Shown piece after piece: positions 9,400 through 18,918 of a DNA stretch of 64,000 bases. Position 1 is the stretch's first letter; the number at the start of each line of letters is the position of its first letter. Location of the stretch: positions 373,495 to 437,494 of the forward strand of contig CAWBYA010000008.1 in assembly GCA_963792895.1 (NCBI GenBank), given 5' to 3'. This DNA is from an uncultured Acidimicrobiia bacterium. GTDB taxonomy: Bacteria; Actinomycetota; Acidimicrobiia; Spongiisociales; UBA5794. Under the pieces are notes generated by a model. That model ran no database searches. It saw only the letters and a list, made by a program, of their open reading frames with translations, and was not told the origin of the DNA. Position numbers and translations under genes: made by a program.

Positions 9400-10242
9400 T
9401 CACAAGCCGGCAAACAGGTCCTTGGCGCCTTCCGGCAACGGAACCCTCGCACGCAACAGCTCGAAGTCCTCGTACGGATAGACCTCGGCGACGACATCGG
9501 TCGGGAGCTTGAACCAGAAGCCGTCCGGGTCGATCTGGGTGCGGTGCGCCCTGAGCGCATCCCGACCGACCTCCAAGGTGTCGGCGACGTCGACCGAGAC
9601 GAGGAGCTTGCCGTCGTCGGTTGCGCCGTCGAGGCTGTCGATCCACCTCTGGAACGGGGATTCGAGGCCACGATCGATCGACGCATCGTGAAGCGCCCTG
9701 ATACGACGCACGGTGAAGACGGGGGCAAACAGCCTCGCTGCCGACCACGGGTTCCCCGTCCCCGGGAAGCGGTTCGGGTCGGCGGCCGCATCGAAGAGGT
9801 CGAGTGCCAGCCGGTGGACGGCGAGATGATCGGGATGGGGATAGCGCTCATGATCGTCATATCCGAAGATGACGTCGGGGCGGAGGTCGCGCACGATCGT
9901 GACGAGCCGCCCAAGCACTTCCTCGTGTGATGCGTTGACGAGGGCAGCCGGGTGAGCGTTCGCCTCCGTGTCTGGCATGCCGGAGTCCCGGTAGCCGAGC
10001 TCTCTGACCTCGCCGTAGCCGATGATCCGGGCCGCTTCCAGCAGTTCCTCCTTCCGCAGTTCGGCAAGCCGTTCTTTGACGTCTGGCTTGTCCATCGCAG
10101 GATTGAGGATGTCTCCGGCTTCCCCGCCCGTTGCGGTGACGAGCACGCAGTGGACGCCGGCCGCCGCATAGTGAGCGACCGTCGCGGCGCCCTTCGAGCT
10201 CTCGTCGTCGGGGTGGGCGTGGATTGCGAGCAAGGTGCGCAT
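9400..10242 (-). CDS. mca: mycothiol S-conjugate amidase
   Basis: 280 aa; near full-length resemblance to mycobacterial Mca (LAIHAHPDDESSKGAATVAHYA...GGEAGDILNPAMD...HPDH...ELFAGL C-terminus); LmbE/PIG-L zinc motif. Confidence 0.8.
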   Translation of the reverse strand: MRTLLAIHAHPDDESSKGAATVAHYAAAGVHCVLVTATGGEAGDILNPAMDKPDVKERLAELRKEELLEAARIIGYGEVRELGYRDSGMPDTEANAHPAALVNASHEEVLGRLVTIVRDLRPDVIFGYDDHERYPHPDHLAVHRLALDLFDAAADPNRFPGTGNPWSAARLFAPVFTVRRIRALHDASIDRGLESPFQRWIDSLDGATDDGKLLVSVDVADTLEVGRDALRAHRTQIDPDGFWFKLPTDVVAEVYPYEDFELLRARVPLPEGAKDLFAGL

Positions 10243-10372
10243 AGGCCGCAGAAGTATGGCAGGGAGGGCACGCCCTCTTGACGAGCGATCGTGGTGCCAT
10301 TGAGCATGAGCAGGCGCGACACCCCGTTACACTTCCCTCTGGGCCACCACCTCTCTCCAGCGCTCGATACCG

Positions 10373-12391
10373 ATGAACCGTCATTTCAGCCTTGCGGTCA
10401 CCGGGGCCGTCATTGCCGCCGTGATCATCTTCCCCCTGATGGTGTTCGCGCTCGCCCGCGCCCTCAACAGCGGCGAGATCGCACCCAACGTGTCTGCTGC
10501 GGGCGTGCCGATCGGCGGCCTCAGCGAGGAGGATGCACTCGCCCGCCTCCAGGAGCACGAGCGACTCCTGCGCGAAACCCCTGCCGACTTCGTGGTCGAG
10601 GGCACCGAATTTGCGCTCAGCCCAACCGTCGTCGGGCTCGACCTGGACGAGACGGCAGCTGTCGACGCCGCGCTCGATGCCCGCAACGAGGGCGGATTCC
10701 TCGACGAGTTCGCTGCGTGGGTTCGGTCATTTCGGTCGACGATCGAGGTCCCGGTCGACTTCTCGATCGATACGGACGCCCTCGAGACCGTGTTCACGTC
10801 GTGGGAGAACACCGCTGTCGGCGTACCCGCGCACCAAGGCGGGATCCAGGTCATCGACGGCGACATCCAACCCGATTACCCGCAGGCCGGGAGGGGTATC
10901 GACCGATCGAGCGCGGCAGGTCTGGTTGAGGCGTCGCTGGTGACGCTCGAACGCGATGTCGTCGAACTGCCGACGGCGGACATCGTGCCTCGCGTCACCG
11001 ATGAGGATGTCGACGCTGCGATGCTCGTCGCCAGAAGCCTCGTCGACGGCCCCATCACACTCAGCGCCGCCGACCCGCCCGTAGAGGTCACCTTCTCGAC
11101 CGAAGAGCTCGTAGCGGCGATCACTTCTCGGGTCGTCGAGGCTTCGGCGCCCGAGATCGTGGTTGAGTTCGCCCCAGACGCGCTGATGCCCGTGCTCGAG
11201 CAACACCGCGCCGAGATCGAGCGGCCGGCCGAAGACGCACGTTTCGTGATCCTCGACGATGCAACCGTCGACCTCCGACCCTCGAAACGTGCGACGAAGC
11301 TCGATGCCGGCCTCGTCGCCGCAACGCTTCGCGAAGTGGGCACGGGATCTGATACGGGCGAGTTCCCTTTCGCCCTCGGCGAGGAGGCCGGCTTCACCAC
11401 CGAAGAAGCGCGAGCCATGGGACCGATCCGCCAGATGTCGGCTTTCACGACTGAGCATCCGCCCGGCGAGGCCCGCGTGACCAACATCCACCTCATCGCC
11501 GACACCGTCGACGGCGCCATCGTCTGGCCGGGTGCGACCTTCTCGTTGAACGATTACGTGGGCCGCCGGACGGTGGAGAAGGGCTATGTTCCCGCACCGA
11601 TGATCCTCGGAGGCGACATCGTCGACGACGTCGGAGGCGGCGTCAGCCAGTTCGCAACAACCTTCTACAACGCAGTGTTCTTCGGCTGCTACGAGGACGT
11701 CTCCCACCAGCCCCACTCGTACTACTTCTCGCGTTACCCGGTCGGCAGGGAGGCAACGATCTCGTGGCCCAACCCAGACCTGGTGTTCCGCAACGACTCG
11801 GATGCGCTCATCGTCATCGACACGTCCTACACATCCACGTCGATCACCGTGAGGTTCTTCGGCAACAACGGCGGGCGCGAGTGCACCTCGGAGGTGTCTG
11901 AACGCTACAACTTCACCGATCCAGAGACCGTGTACGAATCCGATTCGTCGGTGAGACCCGGCGACGAGATCATCGACTCCAATGGATGGCAGGGATTCAC
12001 GGTCGACGTCACGCGGTTGATGCTCATGCCCGATGGCTCGGAGCGGGAACAGATGTGGACTCATCGTTACCTCGCCGGCCCGGTGCGTATCCGCGTGCAC
12101 CCCTGCCAGGTGCCGGGCTCGAGCGTCGTGTGCCCGATCGCAGTGCCAAACGTCATCGGGTTGAGCTTCGATGCGGCTGCGGCCAACCTGGCGGAGGCCG
12201 GCTTCACGATCGAGGACGGCGGTACGGTGGACGTCACCGACCCTGCGCAGGCAGGTTTGGTGCAGTCGCAGAACCCGGGTTCCGGCTCACTCGTCGACCC
12301 CGGGTCGGTCGTGACGGTCCTCACCGGGGTCTTCGTCGAGCCTCCACCCGACGACGGTGGTTCGACGACCACCACGACGGTCGCCCCCTGA
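10373..12391 (+). CDS. VanW-domain protein with N-terminal membrane anchor and C-terminal PASTA domain
   Basis: 672 aa; TM helix at N-terminus; VanW core (LNDYVGRRTVEKGYVPAPMILGGDIVDDVGGGVSQFATTFYNAVFFGCYE); C-terminal PASTA-like segment VPNVIGLSFDAAAANLAEAGFTIEDGGTVDV. Confidence 0.7.
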   Translation: MNRHFSLAVTGAVIAAVIIFPLMVFALARALNSGEIAPNVSAAGVPIGGLSEEDALARLQEHERLLRETPADFVVEGTEFALSPTVVGLDLDETAAVDAALDARNEGGFLDEFAAWVRSFRSTIEVPVDFSIDTDALETVFTSWENTAVGVPAHQGGIQVIDGDIQPDYPQAGRGIDRSSAAGLVEASLVTLERDVVELPTADIVPRVTDEDVDAAMLVARSLVDGPITLSAADPPVEVTFSTEELVAAITSRVVEASAPEIVVEFAPDALMPVLEQHRAEIERPAEDARFVILDDATVDLRPSKRATKLDAGLVAATLREVGTGSDTGEFPFALGEEAGFTTEEARAMGPIRQMSAFTTEHPPGEARVTNIHLIADTVDGAIVWPGATFSLNDYVGRRTVEKGYVPAPMILGGDIVDDVGGGVSQFATTFYNAVFFGCYEDVSHQPHSYYFSRYPVGREATISWPNPDLVFRNDSDALIVIDTSYTSTSITVRFFGNNGGRECTSEVSERYNFTDPETVYESDSSVRPGDEIIDSNGWQGFTVDVTRLMLMPDGSEREQMWTHRYLAGPVRIRVHPCQVPGSSVVCPIAVPNVIGLSFDAAAANLAEAGFTIEDGGTVDVTDPAQAGLVQSQNPGSGSLVDPGSVVTVLTGVFVEPPPDDGGSTTTTTVAP

Positions 12392-12422
12392 GGCGTACGC
12401 GCCGCATGGCACGCCGTGCTGC

Positions 12423-12764
12423 TCAGCCCTCCGGCGGGTAATAGAGGAAGAAGTCTGCGATCACCTGCGAGGCCGCGGCGACGTCGTCATCGGTCCATCC
12501 GCCCCTCTTGCGCACGACCACCTGATTGGACGCCACGAACACGTGGTTCACGGCACTGTCGCCTGCGAACAGCCTCGCAGCGAGCTGCGCAGGGAACTCG
12601 GCGGTCTCGGCGGCTTCCTCAGCCGATGCGAAACTCGCCCCGTCCTGGCCGGAAATGCTGCGGTCGGTGTCGAACATCACGACGTCGTCCAGACGGGTGG
12701 CAGCGACTTGGATCGGTTGGCCCATGGGCTGTCGTACCTCCTCACAGCGGGTGCGAACCGGCAT
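12423..12764 (-). CDS. Nfu/NifU N-terminal-domain-like small protein
   Basis: about 100 aa; pattern AARLFAGDSAVNHVFVASNQVVVRKRGGW...VIADFFLYYP resembles Nfu_N scaffold domain; true start may be the internal Met (MGQPIQ) at about 12725. Confidence 0.45.
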   Translation of the reverse strand: MPVRTRCEEVRQPMGQPIQVAATRLDDVVMFDTDRSISGQDGASFASAEEAAETAEFPAQLAARLFAGDSAVNHVFVASNQVVVRKRGGWTDDDVAAASQVIADFFLYYPPEG

Positions 12765-12798
12765 GGTAGATGCCTCGCCCGGCGGCCGGGTCCCGCCG

Positions 12799-14232
12799 TC
12801 AGTCTCCGCCGGGGACGCCGATGGTGGTCGAGCCGATGGAGTGGAGCTTCATGAGGTTGGTCGATGCGCTCTGATTGGGCGGGATTCCTGCCGCCATCAC
12901 CACGCCGTCGCCGGGCTTGACGATGCCCGAGTGCAGCAGGTTCTGCTCGGCGTAGGCGATCATCTCGTCGGTCGAGTCGACCGGGTGGAACGGCAGGGGT
13001 GTGACTCCGGCGTAGAGGGCCATACGGCGATATGTCCGTTCGTGGGGTGTGTAGGCGAAGATGTCGGCTCGGGGCCGGTACTTCGAGATCAAGCGGGCAG
13101 TCGACCCCGATTCGGTGAAGGCCACGATCGCACCGAGCCCGAGGTTGGCGGCGGCGTCGACACACGCCTGCGCCGTTGCGGACGCAAACCGTGCCCGATC
13201 CTCGAGGAAGTGGATCTCCGGGCCCCTCCCGTAGTCGGGGCTGAGCTCGGCCTCCCGGCAGATGCGATCCATCATCTTCACTGCCCGAACGGAATACTCG
13301 CCGATCGCGGTCTCCGCCGACAGCATCACTGCGTCGGACCCGTCGAGCACCGCACTCGATACGTCTGTGACCTCGGCGCGGGTCGGGCGTGGCGAGTGCG
13401 TCATCGACTCGAGCATCTCGGTCGCAGTGATCGATACCCTGGCGCGTGCATTGGCCCTGGCGAGGATGTCCTTCTGCGCCCGCGGCACGCTCTCCATCGA
13501 CAACTCGACGCCGAGGTCGCCGCGGGCGACCATCATGCCGTGCGCCTCCTCGAGGATGTCGTCCAGGTTGCCGTAACCGACGGCGCTTTCGATCTTCGCG
13601 ATCACGGGAGTACCAGGTGCCAGCTTGCGGATGCGACGAATATCGGCGCCCGACGACACAAACGAGGCGGCGATGAGGTCGACGCCGATCGACGATCCAA
13701 AGGCGAGGTCGACCTCGTCTTTGGCGGTGACGGCGGGAATGCGAATCGGTGTCCCGGGAAACGCAACCCCTTTGTGATCGCGCAGTTCGCCTCCGTGGAT
13801 GACGCGTGCCACGACATCCGAGCCACGGTGGGCGATGACCTCGAGGGCGACCAAGCCATCCGACATCAACACCGGCGCCCCCGCAGCCAACTCCGCATCC
13901 TCGAGGTGCCCGATGAAGATCCGCGACGCCGAGCCCTCCGCTTCGCCGGGCGTCAGCACCACATCCTCGCCGGACGTCAACTCGACGGTGCCGCCGGGGA
14001 AGGTCCCGACCCGAATGCGCGGCCCTTGGATGTCCTGGAGGATGGCGACAGGCTCTTCGAGGTCCTCGCTCGCTCGCCGTACCCAACTGAAGAACTTCTC
14101 GTGCGTGTCGTGGGTGCCGTGCGAGAAGTTGAGCCGGGCAACATTCATCCCCGCGGACACGAGCTCACGAATGGCTTCGTACGACTCGACAGCGGGACCA
14201 AGCGTTGCGATGATCTTCGTCTTTCGCTTCAC
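12799..14232 (-). CDS. pyk: pyruvate kinase
   Basis: 477 aa; MKRKTKIIATLGPAVESYEAIRELVSAGMNVARLNFSHGTHDTHE canonical PK N-terminus. Confidence 0.9.
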   Translation of the reverse strand: MKRKTKIIATLGPAVESYEAIRELVSAGMNVARLNFSHGTHDTHEKFFSWVRRASEDLEEPVAILQDIQGPRIRVGTFPGGTVELTSGEDVVLTPGEAEGSASRIFIGHLEDAELAAGAPVLMSDGLVALEVIAHRGSDVVARVIHGGELRDHKGVAFPGTPIRIPAVTAKDEVDLAFGSSIGVDLIAASFVSSGADIRRIRKLAPGTPVIAKIESAVGYGNLDDILEEAHGMMVARGDLGVELSMESVPRAQKDILARANARARVSITATEMLESMTHSPRPTRAEVTDVSSAVLDGSDAVMLSAETAIGEYSVRAVKMMDRICREAELSPDYGRGPEIHFLEDRARFASATAQACVDAAANLGLGAIVAFTESGSTARLISKYRPRADIFAYTPHERTYRRMALYAGVTPLPFHPVDSTDEMIAYAEQNLLHSGIVKPGDGVVMAAGIPPNQSASTNLMKLHSIGSTTIGVPGGD

Positions 14233-14271
14233 CAGGCGAGCATACCGGTGCCCGCTCTCCCGACCCAGTGG

Positions 14272-15012
14272 TCACTCCCACCGGAACACGACGAGTGCGG
14301 CCACAACGGCGCCCACACCGAGGGCGCCGAGCACGAACCAGGAGGATCCGGGGTCGAGACGGAGCCAGCCGTCGTGCATCGCACGGATCGCATACGGAAG
14401 CGGCGTGGCGTCCCCGACCCGTCGCATCGCGGCGCTGAGGACCTCGGGCGGCGGGCCGGCGCCGCCGAGGAACAACATCACGAACCACACCATGATGCCG
14501 AGGCCCTGCGCGGCGCGAGCCGTCGGCAACACAGCCCCGAGCAGCACGCCCAGCGCTCCGAAGACCACGGAGATCAACCCGAATCCGGCGATGACGAGCC
14601 CGACCGACTGCGGTGCCGAGAAGTCGTAGAGCAGTGCGGCCGCGACGAGGAGGACGACGGCCGATGCGGTGGCGATCACCACGGCCACGGCGATCTCGGC
14701 AACGACGACAGTCCACGTCGGAACACCCGACGCGTGGAGACGCCGCAGCACGCCGCGCTCCCGATTCCCGGCGAGCTGGGTGGGGACGCTGACGATCCCA
14801 ACCGACGCGACCACAAGGGCGAGGTATGCAGGCACGTAGTAGGACATCGCGCCGACACCGCGGTACACGTCGGATTCAGACTCGTTGCCGAAGACTCCAC
14901 CGAGGATGACGAGGATCACGGCCGGCAACGCCAGCGCGAAGATCAACGTGAGCGGCTCACGCACCAACAGCTTCAGCTCAACAGTGGCGAGCTTGCGGAC
15001 GGTGCGCATCAT
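14272..15012 (-). CDS. ABC-2 family transporter permease
   Basis: 246 aa, six predicted TM helices, translationally coupled (4-nt overlap) to upstream ABC ATPase. Confidence 0.7.
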   Translation of the reverse strand: MMRTVRKLATVELKLLVREPLTLIFALALPAVILVILGGVFGNESESDVYRGVGAMSYYVPAYLALVVASVGIVSVPTQLAGNRERGVLRRLHASGVPTWTVVVAEIAVAVVIATASAVVLLVAAALLYDFSAPQSVGLVIAGFGLISVVFGALGVLLGAVLPTARAAQGLGIMVWFVMLFLGGAGPPPEVLSAAMRRVGDATPLPYAIRAMHDGWLRLDPGSSWFVLGALGVGAVVAALVVFRWE

Positions 15013-15911
15013 CCGACCTCGGCGGTGAGCTTCAGAAACACGTCTTCGAGGGTTGCCCGGTGGACCTGAAGATCCGCCGGAGCTTCGCCGCGGGCCACGA
15101 GGCCGGCGGCCACGAGGGCGACCACGGGGCCGATGCCGCGAACCGTGACCGTCCGCCCGTTCAGGTTGTAGGCGGCCACCGGCTCCAGCTCACCCAGCCA
15201 CGACAGGTCTTCGAGGTCGGAGCTGAAGCTGAGCGTGACATCGCCGCCGTGGCGCGTCACGAGGGCACCAGGCGAGTCCAGCGCAACGATCCGCCTGCGG
15301 TCGAACACGGCTACCCGGTCGCACAGCGTCTCCGCTTCGTCCATGAAGTGGGTGACCAGGACGACGGTCGCACCGCGATCTCTGATCGAGCGGATCAGGT
15401 CCCACGCAACCCGCCTCGACGAAGGATCGAGGCCCGTGGTCATCTCATCGAGGAACACGACCTCGGGGTCGTTGACCACGGCGAGAGCGACGAGGAGACG
15501 CTGCTGCTGCCCTCCAGAAAGGCTCCCGAATGTCGCCTTTGCCTTCGGTCCGAGCCCCCATTCGTCCATTACGTGGCGCCAGTCACCGCCGCCGCGCCCG
15601 AGCGATGAGAACAGGTCCAGCGCCTCCCAGACCTTGATACGCTCCGGGAGCGCTGCGTCCTGGAGCTGCGCACCCATGCGCCTGCGGAGCTGGGCAGCCT
15701 GCCGGCTCGGATCGAGCCCGAGCACTTCGATGCGCCCTCCGTCGGGATGGCGAAGACCCTGGATGCACTCGACGGTCGTCGTCTTGCCGGCTCCATTCGG
15801 TCCGAGAATCCCGAAGATCTCGCCTTCCTCGACCGCAAACGAGACGTCCTCCACGGCGGGCACCGCACCGTACGCCTTTCGCAGGTGCTCGACCGTGATG
15901 ACCGGACGCAC
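15009..15911 (-). CDS. ABC transporter ATP-binding protein
   Basis: Walker A GPNGAGKTT, signature LSGGQQQRL, Walker B VVFLDEMTTGLD. Confidence 0.85.
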   Translation of the reverse strand: MRPVITVEHLRKAYGAVPAVEDVSFAVEEGEIFGILGPNGAGKTTTVECIQGLRHPDGGRIEVLGLDPSRQAAQLRRRMGAQLQDAALPERIKVWEALDLFSSLGRGGGDWRHVMDEWGLGPKAKATFGSLSGGQQQRLLVALAVVNDPEVVFLDEMTTGLDPSSRRVAWDLIRSIRDRGATVVLVTHFMDEAETLCDRVAVFDRRRIVALDSPGALVTRHGGDVTLSFSSDLEDLSWLGELEPVAAYNLNGRTVTVRGIGPVVALVAAGLVARGEAPADLQVHRATLEDVFLKLTAEVG

Positions 15912-15926
15912 GGTGACGCTCTCCGC

Positions 15927-16883
15927 TCAGTGGAAGCTGGGCATGACGTCAGAGGCGAAACGACGCATCGAGTCACCCCAGGTGCCATCTGCGAAGTAGA
16001 CGATCAAATACTCGACGCCGCGGTCGCGAAACGCCGTCACCTTCTCCGCAACCTGCTCGGCGGTACCGTAGAGCGCGCGGCCCGCCCACACCGCCTTGTC
16101 CTCGCTCCCCGGCTTGTTCCATTCTGCCAACTTGTCGGCTGCCTCGGACTCGGTTTCTCCGATCAGGCAATCGACGTTCGCCGTGAGGGTGATCTCATCG
16201 AAGTCACGTCCGACGTCGCGGCAGTGACCCTGCAGCACTGCCGTCTTGTGACGGAACGTTGCGTCGTCGCCGAAATAGTTGGCGTAGTCCGCATATCGGG
16301 CGACGATCCGCAACGTGAGCTGCTCGCCGCCGCCTGCGATCCACAGCGGCGGATGCGGGTCTTGCAGCGGGCGGGGCCGATTGATCGCACCGGCCAGGCG
16401 GTAGTGCACACCGTCGAACGTCGTCTCGTCATGGGTCCACATCGACTTGAGAATCTGCACGGCTTCGTCGAGCTGCCCGATGCGCGTTGCCGCCGAGGGG
16501 AAGTCATACCCGTATCCGTGGTACTCGTGCTCGTACCAGCCCGCCCCGATGCCGACGTCGAGGCGGCCCCCCGACATGACGTCGATGCACGCGGTGACCT
16601 TGGCGAGGTACGACGGCGGACGGTAGGAGTTGCAGGTGCACATCTGTCCGAGGCGGACTTGCTCGGTCGCCTCGGCGAGACCCGCCATCAGCGTCCACGC
16701 TTCCCACGTTGATTGCTGGCTGACTTCCGGGAACGTGTGCAGGTGGTCGTAGACCCAGATGGAGTCGAAACCGGTCTCCTCAGCGACACGAGCGATCGCC
16801 ACCATGGTGTCCCACTGCAGTGCGGCGGGGATGTCGGCGAGGTCCAGCCGCCACCCCTGCGGGACGAATGCGCCAAACTGCAT
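15927..16883 (-). CDS. LLM-class (luciferase-like) F420-dependent oxidoreductase
   Basis: MQFGAFVPQGW...FDSIWVYDHL...GRLDVGIGAGW; start set at atg 16881-16883 rather than the upstream ORF start. Confidence 0.7.
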   Translation of the reverse strand: MQFGAFVPQGWRLDLADIPAALQWDTMVAIARVAEETGFDSIWVYDHLHTFPEVSQQSTWEAWTLMAGLAEATEQVRLGQMCTCNSYRPPSYLAKVTACIDVMSGGRLDVGIGAGWYEHEYHGYGYDFPSAATRIGQLDEAVQILKSMWTHDETTFDGVHYRLAGAINRPRPLQDPHPPLWIAGGGEQLTLRIVARYADYANYFGDDATFRHKTAVLQGHCRDVGRDFDEITLTANVDCLIGETESEAADKLAEWNKPGSEDKAVWAGRALYGTAEQVAEKVTAFRDRGVEYLIVYFADGTWGDSMRRFASDVMPSFH

Positions 16884-16961
16884 CTTGTGCTCCTTGGTGT
16901 GCGCACGGGCCACCCTAGGAGGATGTCTTGTCGCGCTCCTCCACAGGTAGGCTCGCCGCCC

Positions 16962-17480
16962 ATGACCTCCGACGTGCCCGAGCATGCCCTGACCGTGCCT
17001 ACAGAGCTCTCCAGCTTGGTCGAACGCTTCGACCACCTTGCGTTGGCCGTTCACGACGTGCGCCGCACCTTGCCCTTGCTGGGCTTTCTGGGAGCGACGT
17101 ACCGAACGGGGGGCCACCATCGCACCCAAGGCTTTCGTTGGGTGCAATTCGACCTCGCCGCCGGGCCGAAGATCGAGCTGTTGTCACCCCTCGACCCCGA
17201 AGATCGCGCCAACTTCTTGGTCAGATTCCTCGCCGCCAGCGGGGAAGGGCCGCACCACGTGACGTTCAAGGTGCGCAACATCACCCAGACCGTCGCTGCA
17301 GTTCGCAACCTCGGCTACTCCGTCGTCGGCGAGGACCTCACGAGCCCGAACTGGAAAGAAGCGTTCGTGCACCCCAAGTCGTCACACGGTCTCCTCATCC
17401 AGATCGCCGAATGGGACGAGGCCATTCCCCTGCAACACCGCACCCTGTCAGAGGTGCTCGCTGCGCCGGAGACCCTGTGA
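16962..17480 (+). CDS. VOC/glyoxalase-family protein
   Basis: 172 aa; FDHLALAVHDV...GPHHVTFKV...IQIAEW pattern of VOC fold; start atg 16962 inside a longer ORF. Confidence 0.55.
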   Translation: MTSDVPEHALTVPTELSSLVERFDHLALAVHDVRRTLPLLGFLGATYRTGGHHRTQGFRWVQFDLAAGPKIELLSPLDPEDRANFLVRFLAASGEGPHHVTFKVRNITQTVAAVRNLGYSVVGEDLTSPNWKEAFVHPKSSHGLLIQIAEWDEAIPLQHRTLSEVLAAPETL

Positions 17481-18091
17481 CGTTGCTCGTTGGGGTCCCG
17501 ATCAAGCCGTTCGGGGTCGCCAAAGCGCGTCTGGCGCCTGCGCTCGACGCCCGCGCCAGGTCTCTATTGGGACGTGAGATCGCGGCGCACACACTGCGCA
17601 TGATCGAGGCGAGCGGTGCGAGAGCCGCCGTGGTCACCGCCGACCCAGGTGTGCGCCGGTGGGCGCGGCGCCACCGCTGGGAGGTGCTCGCGGAAGCACC
17701 TGGCAGTGGGCTCGACGCCGCAGCGAGGGCGGTGACGGAAGCGGCGCACGACGCTCTCTGGGCCGTCGTCCACGCGGACCTGCCGCTGCTCACCCCCACC
17801 GACCTGGCCACGGCGTGGGCCGCCCTGGAGGCCGGCCCGGTGCTGGCCCCTTCCCACGACGGGGGGACGTCGCTCGTTGCCGGAAGCGGCGCCTTCCCGT
17901 TCTCCTACGGGCCCGGCAGCTTCTTCCGCCACCTCTCCGCTGCTCCGGCGGCGACCATCCTGGTGCGGGCCGGCTTGGCGCTCGACCTCGACACGGTCAC
18001 CGACCTCGATTGCGCCCTTCGCCTTCCCGCGGGTAGGTGGTTGCGGGCGTATGTGCCTCTGGAGGGGCCGCCGCCGATGCGGGCGCTCTAA
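17477..18091 (+). CDS. cofC: 2-phospho-L-lactate/phosphoenolpyruvate guanylyltransferase (F420 biosynthesis)
   Basis: GVPIKPFGVAKARLAPALDARARSLLGREIAAHTL signature of CofC/FbiD; GTG start overlaps stop of upstream gene (GTGA). Confidence 0.7.
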   Translation: MTLLVGVPIKPFGVAKARLAPALDARARSLLGREIAAHTLRMIEASGARAAVVTADPGVRRWARRHRWEVLAEAPGSGLDAAARAVTEAAHDALWAVVHADLPLLTPTDLATAWAALEAGPVLAPSHDGGTSLVAGSGAFPFSYGPGSFFRHLSAAPAATILVRAGLALDLDTVTDLDCALRLPAGRWLRAYVPLEGPPPMRAL

Positions 18092-18101
18092 CCTCGACGT
18101 C

Positions 18102-18851
18102 GTGACCAGCGATCTCTACGGCGACCTGCGCGAGACACCGCCGCCTCTCGACACGCCGGCGCGAGCCCTCGCCATCGGTGCGCATCCCGACGACATCGAG
18201 TTCGGAGCCGGCGGCACCCTCGCCAAGTGGGCCGGGGCCGGGTGCCACGTGACGATGCTGGTGGTCACCGACGGCTCGAAGGGCACCTGGGATCCGGAGG
18301 TGTCACCGAACGACCTCGCCCATCGCCGACGGGTGGAGCAGGCATCGGCGGCATCCGCACTCGGCGCCGCGGCGGTGGTGCATCTCGGCCACGTCGACGG
18401 GGAGCTCGAGGTCTCCATGGCGCTGCGCGAGGAGATGTGCCGCCAGATCCGCCTGGCCGCTCCCGACGTGCTGCTCACCCACGATCCGTGGCAGCGCTAC
18501 CAACTGCACCCCGACCATCGAGCCACCGGAACGGTGGCGGTCGACGGGGTGATTGCGGCGCGCGACCCCTTGTTCTTCCCCGGCCAAGGGCTCACCCCGC
18601 ACCGTCCTGCGGCCGTGCTGTTGTGGTCGGCAGACACGCCAGACCACGCCGAGCCGATCGCCGACACGATCGATGCGAAGATCGCCGCACTGCTGTGCCA
18701 CTCGTCGCAAGGGACGACGACCATGGGTGATGCCCATGCCGGCGAGGAGCAACGTACGGCTTTCGCCGCCCGCATCCGGAAGTGGGCCGAGACCGCCGGC
18801 GAAGCGGTGGGGCATCCCATGGCGGAGCGGTTCAAGCGGCTGACACCTTGA
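18102..18851 (+). CDS. PIG-L/LmbE-family N-deacetylase
   Basis: AIGAHPDDIEFGAGGTLAKWAGAGCHVTMLVVTDGSKG...HPDH: LmbE-like zinc deacetylase motifs; GTG start just after cofC stop. Confidence 0.65.
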   Translation: MTSDLYGDLRETPPPLDTPARALAIGAHPDDIEFGAGGTLAKWAGAGCHVTMLVVTDGSKGTWDPEVSPNDLAHRRRVEQASAASALGAAAVVHLGHVDGELEVSMALREEMCRQIRLAAPDVLLTHDPWQRYQLHPDHRATGTVAVDGVIAARDPLFFPGQGLTPHRPAAVLLWSADTPDHAEPIADTIDAKIAALLCHSSQGTTTMGDAHAGEEQRTAFAARIRKWAETAGEAVGHPMAERFKRLTP

Positions 18852-18918
18852 TCCGTTGGTCGCAGAACCCGTCGAACGCCCCAGGGTCGTGGCAACGCTC
18901 GCCGCTATCGTTGGAGAT

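Noticed and set aside
7857-10322. 821-aa minus-strand ORF
   Set aside because: Only the downstream 494 codons (from atg 9341) form the dynamin-like GTPase. The upstream part overlaps mca in another frame and translates to low-complexity Arg/Ser/Thr sequence.
10727-12100. 457-aa minus-strand ORF
   Set aside because: Antisense to the VanW-PASTA gene, which has recognisable domains.
12526-15069. 847-aa plus-strand ORF
   Set aside because: Antisense to pyk and the ABC transporter genes, which have clear conserved motifs. Translation is Arg/Asp-rich noise.
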